64,000 nt of DNA from Octopus bimaculoides (taxonomy: Eukaryota): contig NC_069007.1 in assembly GCF_001194135.2 (NCBI RefSeq), forward strand, positions 1,727,610 through 1,791,609. Reading direction: 5' to 3'. Shown piece by piece: positions 52,406-64,000 of this stretch. Numbering within the stretch: position 1 is the stretch's first letter; each line of letters starts with the position of its first letter. Both the position numbers and the translations under genes were made by a program. The notes under the pieces were generated by a model. That model had not been told where the DNA came from, did no database searches, and worked only from the letters and a program-made list of their open reading frames with translations.

Positions 52406-52924
52406 CATAACTTCCAATACGCCCTGAAAATAAGTGTTGTGAGAATCTTGAATAATTTTTGATCACTCTCTATTATATATTTCTTTCCTGCACCAATATT
52501 TTTTTCCTTACTCTGGTAAATATTGAATATTTGGCTATAAATCGTGAACATCGTTAATGCAGGCATATATATAACGAATGAAAGAGAGGAGATGGAATAT
52601 ACAGGAATATTATTATTAATCACAACAATTGTTTCGACATATCTAGCATCGCCATCTCTTGTAGGACACACAAAAACTGGTTCAGGAGTATCCGGTGGTG
52701 CAAACGTATCTTGTCGTGTGATAAATAAATAAAAATACTCGTTAAAATGAGTGTTCCATAATGTAACCTTCCGTTTTCTAGGGAGAAAAACAGCCAGACG
52801 GATGAAACTTCTTCATCTATATAGAAGATCCAAAAATAGAATTACGGAAGACATAAAGAGAAAGAAACACTTAATCCACCGAGATTCGCACAACTCTTAT
52901 TTTCAGGGCGTATTGGAAGTTTTG
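52406..52924. mobile_element. 519-bp MITE, 43-bp TIRs, TA target duplication (Tc1/mariner type)
   Basis: CATAACTTCCAATACGCCCTGAAAATAAGTGTTGTGAGAATCT versus reverse complement of 52882-52924: 40/43; TATA on both flanks. Confidence 0.9.
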
Positions 52925-53060
<136 letters not shown>

Positions 53061-55125
53061 CATGCACATACGCATTTATATTTATATATATATATATATA
53101 TATGAGTATATATTTATATATGTATATCTATACATGTATGTATACATATATGCTTGTTTATATATGTGAATTTATATTAGTATTTGCCAAGTGCGCGTGA
53201 GAGTCGTAAAGAGACAGATATATATTAAATATAGATGTCGATACATACATATTTAGAGATGTATGTATATATAATTATATAAAACATATATCTTAAATAT
53301 AGAACTATATATCAGAAATATCGCTTTTTTATGCGAATATATTCAAAACTCGTGATTTAGTCAAATGGTTAACACTGCTGTACTAATTATCTCTTAATTT
53401 ATATTTCGTCGTCTGAAAACTGCATTTTCCAATCCAGTTACCGTAAAAAATAGTACAGTTTTTTTCTTCTCGTAATTTTATTTTGTACATTATCACTGAA
53501 GGAAATATTAAAACATTGTAAACACTAATGCTTAACCTTGTGAAATCGATGTAGAGAACTAAACACTTTGGTAAACCGTTCCAATAAAAATTAATATATT
53601 TCTTAAAATAGACGCCGTCTGTTTATTAATTCGTAAGAGAAATGTTTTTAGTAGCTGCTTGTTTTTCCTCAAGCTAAATGATATGTGTAAGAGGGATATT
53701 ACCCACAAATGATCACTCATATTTAACGCACCTCTAGAAAGCAAGGGATCAAGATTTCAGGCTATCGGAAATAACGGTGAGATGGAGCGTAATTTAGAAA
53801 CATAATGAATCCATATCGAGTTAGCAAACCATGAGGTTATGCTCTCAAACTAGAGCAGGTATTGAAGTCATGCCCAAGAAGATTATAAACAGAAGAATTG
53901 ATAGTACGCATCCTTAGTGGATTAAGTCTTTGTTTCTCTCTTTGTCATCAAAGTTTCCGTTTATCAAATGTTGACCGACGGCCGTATAAAATATATTTTG
54001 CGTTGATAGCGTCTCGAAAACGATGTGATTCTTGGTTAAGCCTCTGGAATCATTTGCTAGTATATGTAGCTGTTTGCAAACATTGCGATTATTAAGCGGG
54101 AATCATTTGGGCAGAAGTTATATATATAACATTTTCTAGCAGGGTATAATGATAAATTATTCTATAGCCGTGTACCTTCAGTTTGTGTCTACTTCCTCGC
54201 TTCACATTGCTCACATGCCTTCTAAGTAAATCAGCAATATCGTGGAAATTCAGAGATTTGCATGATAACAAATAGCTTATTGAAAACATTGTTGAATTAT
54301 TCATTCAGTATTTGTCTGAGACTCGGTCTTCATCGAAACATTTCCTTCCAACATTCAGTTATTCTTCTTTTTTTTTTTTTTTTTGGTAACCATTGGAAGC
54401 TGTTTCCATTGCAATTCTCCAGAAATCTTTGCTGGATTCCTTTAGATCGTTCTTATATTCCCGGGGACATATTTCCTGTTTTATTGATTGAAGGTTTTCA
54501 TACGTTGTCTCACGTGAACTTTTGTGTCTGAACAAATGACACCGTTGTGAACTTCGGGAAATACATCTCACTGGGATAAAATAAACGTTTAGAAATTGCT
54601 TGGTTGATATCAATAGATTCAGCTTCATACATTCTGGCATAGAAAATATTCTGAAGCTTCACAACATGTATATATCAATCGTAATTCATAGACATGGAAC
54701 ATGGGAAAATTATGTATGTGGCCTCTCAGGACATGTTAAACGAGTGTTGTTTTTGTAATATACATTTTCAGCCCAACTCTGATCAAGGCAGATGTTACAT
54801 AAACAGTTATGTTCACGTTATATAGATGTTTTCTTCGATGATTGCGAAGTGACTGTTAAATGATGTGCACCCTGGTCGGGCTGCAACAGAAAGAGTAAAT
54901 GCCTCCGACGAGCTGAGTAATGGAGTTGCCAGGATGAGGTTCTGGATGTTTATGCATTTCAGTTTTGGAAAAATGGATTTATAACTTCTAAAGTTCCTTT
55001 CATACATTGTATTTCGTTTTGCCCCCCCTAGAAATCTTGTCTGTATATTCATGCAAAAATATCCATATTCAATCTCTCCCCCCCCCCTCTCTTTCGTAAG
55101 CTCTCTATATATGATATATTATATG

Positions 55126-55171
<46 letters not shown>

Positions 55172-55199
55172 CATATATCATGTTGAACCGTTAATCCTT

Positions 55200-55380
55200 A
55201 CACATTTTTTCTCCCCCCATTGTTTTTTATTCGCTACATCATTTTCCTCTGAATAATTTCTGACGAGGAGCGTAGGTTCGTAACGTAAACGACATTTCCA
55301 TTCTTTTAGATCGTTAAACTAATACACCTGTTTGTTGTTTTCTCACCTGTCTTCGTCATTAATGTCTGTAAATTTGAGCT
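55200..55380 (+). mobile_element. Small Penelope-LTR-like repeat with hammerhead-like core
   Basis: CTGACGA G GAGC GTAG GTTC GTAAC GTA at 55260-55287; downstream layout similar to the 36817 element. Confidence 0.5.
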
Positions 55381-55420
55381 ACACACGCACACATATACAC
55401 GCACACACGCACACAGAAAC

Positions 55421-55452
<32 letters not shown>

Positions 55453-55920
55453 ATTTCTGCAGTCAGTCGTCCAGGCTATGAATGTTCATGGCTTTGGCAT
55501 GACTTGATATGCTTTCTCCAAACTGGTGGTTATTTCCCTTTTTTTTTTTCATTTGACTTTACCATTTATTATGATCAATTCCTTTCTACTTCATGTTCCT
55601 ATTTGCAGTAACTTTCCATCTCAGTCTAGGTCTTCCATTGCTTCTTTGCCCCTTTGCATTGTTGTGAATAAAGGATTTCTCTTGGGAGTCAGTTGCTGTC
55701 CAGCCCGTGATGTGGCCCAAACAACTACAGACGTTACACAACAACCAAACATTAAAATATTAGATGAAAAATCTAGCTAAAATGAATGCATGTATATACA
55801 TACATATGTGTGTGCTTGTGTGTGTGTGTGTATGAATGTGCGTATATAAATATAAATGTATAATATATGTATACAAATATATATGCACATATATGCTTAT
55901 ATATATATACATATACATAT

Positions 55921-56019
<99 letters not shown>

Positions 56020-56715
56020 NNNNNNNNNNNNNNNNNNNNNNNNNNNNNNNNNNNNNNNNNNNNNNNNNNNNNNNNNNNNNNNNNNNNNNNNNNNNNNNNN
56101 NNNNNNNNNNNNNNNNNNNNNNNNNNNNNNNNNNNNNNNNNNNNNNNNNNNNNNNNNNNNNNNNNNNNNNNNNNNNNNNNNNNNNNNNNNNNNNNNNNNN
56201 NNNNNNNNNNNNNNNNNNNNNNNNNNNNNNNNNNNNNNNNNNNNNNNNNNNNNNNNNNNNNNNNNNNNNNNNNNNNNNNNNNNNNNNNNNNNNNNNNNNN
56301 NNNNNNNNNNNNNNNNNNNNNNNNNNNNNNNNNNNNNNNNNNNNNNNNNNNNNNNNNNNNNNNNNNNNNNNNNNNNNNNNNNNNNNNNNNNNNNNNNNNN
56401 NNNNNNNNNNNNNNNNNNNNNNNNNNNNNNNNNNNNNNNNNNNNNNNNNNNNNNNNNNNNNNNNNNNNNNNNNNNNNNNNNNNNNNNNNNNNNNNNNNNN
56501 NNNNNNNNNNNNNNNNNNNNNNNNNNNNNNNNNNNNNNNNNNNNNNNNNNNNNNNNNNNNNNNNNNNNNNNNNNNNNNNNNNNNNNNNNNNNNNNNNNNN
56601 NNNNNNNNNNNNNNNNNNNNNNNNNNNNNNNNNNNNNNNNNNNNNNNNNNNNNNNNNNNNNNNNNNNNNNNNNNNNNNNNNNNNNNNNNNNNNNNNNNNN
56701 NNNNNNNNNNNNNNN

Positions 56716-57353
56716 CTGGCACACACACAGGAAGATATGCAACATTTAATGGATAGATTTTCCACTGCATGTACATATTTTGGACTCACAGTAAGTCTGA
56801 GAAAAACCAAGGTAATGTTTACCCCCACACCTGGACAAATATATACTGAACCAAACATCTTTGTGAACGGAACAAGATTAGAAGTCATTGACACCTTTGT
56901 TTACCTTGGAACCACACTGGCAAGGGATGGTGGTCTTGATGCAGAAATATATCATCGAATAGCGAAGGGAAGTGCTGCATTTGGAAAGCTTGAAAAGCGA
57001 ATATGGGCTGATAGAGATATCTCCCTGAAGACAAAAATCAGCATCTACAAAACATGTGTATTGACTGCACTTCTTTATTCAGGCGAAACATGGACCACTT
57101 ACAAGCATCATGTAAAGATGCTAGAAAGGTTTCATCAAAAGTGTCTAAGACGCATCCTAGGAGTAAAATGGAAGAGTTTCGTAGCAGATACAGAGGTTTT
57201 GCGCAGGGCGCACTGTAGCTCAATTGAAAAACATATTATCCTGGCCCAAATGAGATGGACTGGGCATGTAATTAGAATGAAGGATGATCGTTTGCCGAAG
57301 CGCTTATTTTATGGTGAGCTCAGCTCTGGTGAGCGACCGCGGCAGAAACCGAG
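56716..57353 (+). CDS. RTE LINE ORF, C-terminal RT region (partial, open at both gaps)
   Basis: LAHTQEDMQHLMDRFSTACTYFGLTVSLRKTKVM..FVYLGTTL..DAEIYHRIAKGSAAFGKL..LLYSGETWTTY..LERFHQKCLRRIL..QMRWTGHVIRMKDDRLPKRLFYGEL; 212 codons with no stop. Confidence 0.93.
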
Positions 57354-57611
57354 NNNNNNNNNNNNNNNNNNNNNNNNNNNNNNNNNNNNNNNNNNNNNNN
57401 NNNNNNNNNNNNNNNNNNNNNNNNNNNNNNNNNNNNNNNNNNNNNNNNNNNNNNNNNNNNNNNNNNNNNNNNNNNNNNNNNNNNNNNNNNNNNNNNNNNN
57501 NNNNNNNNNNNNNNNNNNNNNNNNNNNNNNNNNNNNNNNNNNNNNNNNNNNNNNNNNNNNNNNNNNNNNNNNNNNNNNNNNNNNNNNNNNNNNNNNNNNN
57601 NNNNNNNNNNN

Positions 57612-57905
57612 CTGTCAAAAGCAGGATATGTGAATCACATGAAAACACATGAGGGTAGAAATTCCAGACACCCTAAATACCAACCGCCTTCTGCGACCTG
57701 TGGCATATGTCACAAGGTTTGTAAAACAATACCCGGACGTAAGAGACATATGCTGGCTCACAGAAGCGTTTCCTTAGAATCAGATACCAGCGGAAAAGGA
57801 TCGAGACGCCTGAACATTTGTCATCTGTGCTGTAGACCTTGTCGCTCAGCAGCCGGACTTCAACGTCACTTGAGGGCTCAGCAACGGAGGGATTGTACTG
57901 CGTGA
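57612..57905 (+). CDS. RTE LINE C-terminus with three C2H2-like fingers (first truncated by gap)
   Basis: LSKAGYVNHMKTH..CGICHKVCKTIPGRKRHMLAH..CHLCCRPCRSAAGLQRHLRAQ..*. Confidence 0.8.
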   Translation: MSKAGYVNHMKTHEGRNSRHPKYQPPSATCGICHKVCKTIPGRKRHMLAHRSVSLESDTSGKGSRRLNICHLCCRPCRSAAGLQRHLRAQQRRDCTA

Positions 57906-58877
57906 TGATATGTGTGGATTGTTGATGGGATGGCTATCGTCTGTCAAGATGGAGCAGTCGTCATGTAGACTGCTGAATGAAATGAACAGTGCCGTGACTA
58001 ATACACTAGTAAGTAGTTAGGTAGTACGCCTTGACGTATTAATCAACATATTTAGAAACGACTCTCCTCATAACAGCCTGCAGACATGTTTTCCTATGAA
58101 ATCATCTACTTCCCTAATTGAAAGTTCGTCGAGTCAGTTGTATTTTCCACTCTACTGGCCAATCCACTTCTACCGATGCGACATATCCAAATCAATGTCA
58201 GCTGATTTGCTCAACCCAAATCAGCGTTTGGATGGATTCTCATTTACATGTGAAATAATAAATGCCTTTAGCAAATCTTCTCCAACATAAGATTTCGAAT
58301 CGATTCCTTTTAGCATAAAATGGTATCAGAGGAGAAAGTGCGTCTTATGCTACTAGCAGTTATTTTACATATATTAAGGGGTATTTTTTATTATTATCAA
58401 ATCGTGGTAAAACTTATAAATAGTGTTCATTATGATAGAGTACATTATAATCACAATGTTTTTGTGTGGTGCTGTACGCATGTGCTGCCCGGTATTGTGG
58501 ATAGTCACAATGTTTCAGTCCGGTGTTGTACAGTGAAATAAGGCAACATCTCTTACTTGCAACATCCCTAACACCTAACTGGAAATGTAACAGATAACAA
58601 TTGCCAATCAAGAATACATCATAGATGCGACATCCAGTGATCTACCGTACTGTTTCCGTCAGACGAATTTATTCACAGTGACTTGGTGTATCGTCGTGTA
58701 TATTAAACAATATCGATCCATGAGGCTGCGCAGTTAGGTTGAACCATAAGCCACGAAGATACAAAACCAACGGCTTAACCACAAAATAATAACTGCAAGC
58801 ATGAAACCAACGCACAAAAGTGTCATATAATTACGATTATTTGGCGCAAGTAGGAAGTCTAAAGGTATTCTCTGGTG

Positions 58878-59168
58878 CAGTGGTTCCAAAACATTTTCGG
58901 GCTGTCGCTCTCTTGGCACTTAAGCCGCATTCCTTGCCCCACTCGATTCCCTATCACAAACATATACCACTTTCTGCAAAACATTCAAGAAAATTGTATT
59001 TCACGCATAAAACTTAACCTAATTAACCCATTGTTTTGTTGTTTGTACATCCATTGCCCCCTTTTTCTCACCCCATCATCAGAGCCCACTTTCTTCAACA
59101 TCCCCCTATCCCCGGATCTTTCTAGCAACCCCACCAGGGAGAATTACCGCCCACTTTGGAAACTACTG
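58878..59168. mobile_element. hAT (Charlie-like) MITE, about 290 bp
   Basis: Ends CAGTGGTTCCAAAA and TTTGGAAACTACTG; 8-bp flanks CTCTGGTG / GTCTTGAG both approximate NTCTAGAN (5/8 identical). Confidence 0.7.
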
Positions 59169-60063
59169 GTCTTGAGTATGCCTGATACATGAATTTTATA
59201 ATCTGTCATAAACTTGAGCAAAAAAAGAAGGCACAATGTGCCACAGTACCGACTGAACACAGAACCTAAAGATATGTAAGCAAGAATCTATTCATTTTCC
59301 CGGGTTGTCTCAAGAAATATTTAATAAAGAGCTATAAAAGCTATGACATGGGGACGGAGATTGGATGAAATTCAACACAAATAAAAAATAACAACTAAAT
59401 GTATTGAACTAAATAAATAAAATCTAAAACATCAGTACCAATTATTGATCAATAGAAGAATTTGAAACAACAATTTTTATGGAAATATTTATGAAAAGAA
59501 ATCTTGAGAGAAAAAAAATAGTGAGTAAAACCGTATTAAAAACATTGTTTACACTGTTTTACTAAAACTGAAATTATTAAAAGGAAGAAAAAAGAGTTGG
59601 ATAATATGAGATGATATTAAATATAGAGAGACAGGAAGAAGAGAAAAAAATAATAGCATTTTACTGTTCTATTTTATGATGAAAATATAGGTGTGTGTAT
59701 GTTGGAAAAATATTACTAATATCGAAATGTTGAAATGTAAATTGTGTCTGAATACATAACTGTCTGAAAGGTGAGTAAAAGATATATTTCGTTATGTGTG
59801 TGTGTGTTTGCATGTATGATTGTGCATGTGTGTGACTGTTTGAGAAAACGACTGTGAGATTGAGACAGGAGAGGTGAGACACAGAAAGATGTATAAGTGA
59901 GTCAATATGCTTGCTAATGGAATATATACGCATATGCATGTATTCCATATATTCATATGCATACATTTTGCTTATAAAGTCATGGATTTGTACAACTATA
60001 TATANNNNNNNNNNNNNNNNNNNNNNNNNNNNNNNNNNNNNNNNNNNNNNNNNNNNNNNNNNN

Positions 60064-60107
<44 letters not shown>

Positions 60108-60451
60108 ATATATGTACACAAACACAATTACAATATAAGTAAGCACACACACACATATATCTTTTATATATATATAGATGAATGTGCATGCATACAGATA
60201 CATGGATATGTATATATATCCCTCCACTCACAGACCTAATATGCGTACATGCAATCATTCATTATATCTTTTCAATTTCACTTAACGCATAAATTGACTA
60301 AAAGACTGTGCAAATAATAAGATGTTAGTCTATTTCATTTGTGTACACTAAACATACTTTTTGGGTTTATGTCGCTGTACATATGGATAAGTATACATAC
60401 GTAAACATATGTAGAAACATAAATATAAATATATATATGCACCTATATATG

Positions 60452-60494
<43 letters not shown>

Positions 60495-62018
60495 GCATAG
60501 ATAGATAGATAGATAGATAGATATAGATATATGACATTTCTTTCAATATATAATTGTGTGTTATTTTCTGAGTATTTTTGTGTGTTTGGGTTGTTTCTTT
60601 TGGCTTCTTCGATTCAATACCTCCGGTTTTATTTTCTGTAACCGTTTTTCTTTTCCTACGTCAGAAATGAAGAAAAATTTTAACACCACGTTTACACACA
60701 AGAGAAGTATATTTATTTTACATCATATTATGTTGATTACTATGAATCCGATTGATTTAAAATTTAAATAAATAAATAATTGAATAAAAATATAAAGATG
60801 TAGTAGAAAACTATAAGCTGTTTTCCGAATGAGTGTATAGGTATATGTATTTACATCCGTGTGTCGTTTGTGTGTCTGTCTATATAACCACATCCATATG
60901 CGGTGTAAACGAGAATAAAAAAATCCGTGCGCTGAATATGTAGCGTATAGTCGTCACGTCATGTGTTGCTTTCGTTGCTATGCCATTAAGTTAGTGCTGA
61001 TATATTTAATGTAGTGAGCAATACAATGTTACATTAATCAAATAATAATTAATCTGTCTTGATCAGATTTAAGCATCATGCTAACAATTTTTCCCTCTTT
61101 TCAGTGCAACCAAAATCTTGATTAATTAACGGTTTCTTTTTTCTTTATTTAAAATTTCCTTTCTTTATATTTACTTTCGCTCTGGCCCATCATATAAAAT
61201 GTTTGCATTGAATTAACTCAATGGTCTTTGTTCCCAAGCCGTTTCTGTGAAACATGTTTTCAAATGTTGCTATGTATGTGAGTGGGAATTATTGTGCGTG
61301 TACTTCCTTAGGGATCATGCATTAAAAGAGAAATATTATCACAGATTTCAGAGAGGCTAGATTTCCAGACTTTTCAATATGTAATTGATTATTATACACA
61401 CACATTCACACACTTACACAAGCCCCTACTCGCAGCACACATCCCAAAAAACACCTAGATATGCATATATATACGTACGTATATTATATATGTGTGTGTG
61501 TGTGTGTGTATGTATAGTTATGTATGTGTGTTTGTGTTTCTGCGTGTTGTGTGTGTTTTCTGTTTTATTAATTATTTTGATTCTTACTCTGAAGGAGTTT
61601 GTTTCTAACAAAGATGCTGAGCTCTATTATTATAATATAGATGACAAAAACATTTTAGAATTGAATAAAATCTTGCATAATTTTATTGTTCCGCTAACAA
61701 ATTGTATTTGGAATGTATGAGAGGGGAAATTTTTTCCGAAAACCCTTCATATGTATGTATGTACGTACGTATGCATGTATGTATGTACGTACGTATGCAT
61801 GTTTGTATGTATGTAACTATGTATGTATATATGCATGCATGTATTTATAATTCAGATTTCACCTAAATGTTTTTTTAAGTGCGATAGCAGCTTCGTATAT
61901 GAGGGTATTGATAGTTCAGTAGACAAACATTTGATCACTATAAAGAAAAATCATCTGTGTGGTTGTTCGGCAAAAATTGCCGAATCCTTATTCGTCATCT
62001 AACGACGAGTGAATACAT

Positions 62019-62069
<51 letters not shown>

Positions 62070-62362
62070 TCATACGACGGCGTTCTAAACAATTTCTGGC
62101 TACGAAATTAACAAATAAGATGATAGACCTGGCTCCGCATGGGAGCTGCAGCGTACAGAGACTGAACTGGAGATGTTATGGCTGGAAGCTGGCAGCTGGA
62201 ACCTGCTCCCATTTCCAAACTACGCTACTATGAAAGAGACCAATCTCCACTAAAACTCTATTATTTGGGCTCTCATACTGGTACACATGTACTTAAACAA
62301 ATGTCTAAGTGCTTGTGTATGTGTGTGTTTTCCAGCTAGAGCAGGGTATACGACATCAGGAG

Positions 62363-62700
62363 ACTAGCTGACCCTACGGGCATAAAAACGGCCATTTACC
62401 TCGTGCCGGTGCTCAGTGGTACCTGAAACATATTAACTGGCAGAATCACAAATATGAATGCGTTTTTGACCAGGAAAACTTGACAAAACAACGTTTAATA
62501 TGACTCACAGAACCACGTAAATTTTAACAAATTGCACAGGTACCGACGCCATCAACTATTAGTAGCATACAAACTCTGGTTTTACTCTGGGACATATGAA
62601 TTTTAAAAATTGTCATGATATAGACAAAGAGAGAAAAACGCACATAGATTGATTGATAGACAGACAGACAGGCACACATACATGTAGATACAGAAATAGA
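62363..62700 (+). mobile_element. Possible Helitron/Helentron-type non-autonomous element
   Basis: Starts ACTAGCTGACCCTACGGGC and ends in a (GACA)n/(GATA)n tract; resemblance only. Confidence 0.35.
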
Positions 62701-63148
62701 TAAATAGATAGATAGATAGATAGATATAAACCGACACAGATATAAATTTAAGGATTAAGATATGTCATATATTTCAAAGAGGGGCTTCCATACTTATTAA
62801 CATATGTTGCTATTGTGATGCAATATGTCATTGCAACAATTTATACAGAAGGCCACGATTAAGGGATATACAAAGCTTTTTGATATTATACGGTATATTA
62901 TAAGAAAAGCCTTTTCTACACATATTTTGCTTCATAGAAGCTTTACAAGGTACGACACTTCAATATATATGCGCATTCAGTATCGAAAACGAATGAATAT
63001 ATTATCATATAAAGAGATTTATTGTTTCTTCGTGACATTAGGAATATACCGCTGTATGTATATGTAAAGGTACGTGACATAGGGAAAATATGAATCTTCG
63101 TGTACAGGCATACATGTGATTTAATGTGCTTCAATGTGTATGTACATG

Positions 63149-63202
<54 letters not shown>

Positions 63203-64000
63203 GGATATAATGCGTACACATACACACACACAACCACACACAAACAAACACACGTTTTTGCTATTATCTATTTACAGTTATTGGACAACAGTCATGTTGG
63301 TGCACCGACTTATATATTTGAGCGTGTGTTTGTGTATCAGTATGTGTGTCTGTGTGCACGAGTGTGTGGTGTGTGTGTACGGGCATGCGTATATTTGTGT
63401 GTATGTGTGCGTGCGTGTGTGTGTGTGTGTTCGTGTGTGTGCGTGTGTGTTTGCTCATTGAAATTCGTTGAATCCAGAACAACATACTCGTTGGTTAATA
63501 AGTAAAATCGCTGCAGAACCGGACGAAATGCGCTGTAGAATTTATCCTTGTTCTTTCCAACCTGATTTCAAATCCTGTCCAATTCGTATCGAACCAGTTA
63601 ATCCTTCCAATTTCGATAAATTTAATTTCCGGTTTAGGGCTTTAGACTTCCTCTGGATTTCTGCTCTAGCCGTTTGAGTTATGGAACTCTTCCTTTTCTA
63701 TTCAAATCTTACCGTGGTCAAGTAAATTCACATATCTGCAAAATAAAGGAAATATATATAAACATATTACTATATGGCTAAGGAGAGAATATAAAATATA
63801 TCAGTATTATATTGTAGTGTTTTTTCATTTAAAAACGTAAAGATAATCAAGTACTCGATTGTTCATCAACATTCATGTACATAACAGTATGCATGGTATG
63901 TTACCATTCAAAGCAAAGACGAACAGACGAGAGAGATGGCCGTTTTCAGGATAGATATTAATTTGAAGGAGAGATGCATGAAAAGGGGTTACACAGAATC

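Larger units (their letters stand above)
56716..57965 (+). mobile_element. RTE-clade LINE, 3' portion (RT thumb region, C-terminal zinc fingers, short 3' UTR)
   Basis: Stop-free RTE-type ORF between gaps, continuing after the gap into C2H2-like repeats and ending TGA at 57905. Confidence 0.93.

Noticed and set aside
54359-54640. 93-aa minus-strand ORF with internal acceptor
   Set aside because: Weak donor, ends in a poly-A tract, no family motif.

Overview
AT-rich, repeat-dense animal genomic DNA from a gapped short-read scaffold (13 N-gaps, most beside (TA)n). The repeat repertoire looks cephalopod, probably Octopus; this is inferred from memory of the SINE families and was not searched. 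No complete gene can be supported, and almost all listed ORFs are microsatellite or gap artefacts. The window holds three tRNA-type SINE families (A, B, C, my labels), three RLE-endonuclease LINE 3' fragments and one RT fragment (R4/Dong-like), a stop-free RTE LINE fragment ending in three C2H2-like fingers, a decayed mariner-type transposase, several MITEs, Helentron-like ends, small Penelope-like repeats with hammerhead-ribozyme-like cores, and three weak exon candidates on the minus strand. The most interesting structure is SINE-B behaviour. Copies stack immediately upstream of older copies with repeated 14-20 bp target duplications. A long-tail variant sits at fixed positions inside other SINE-B heads. 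That long tail is shared with a 656-bp element flanked by a perfect 24-bp direct repeat. Together these suggest a self-targeting SINE/LINE partnership (inference).
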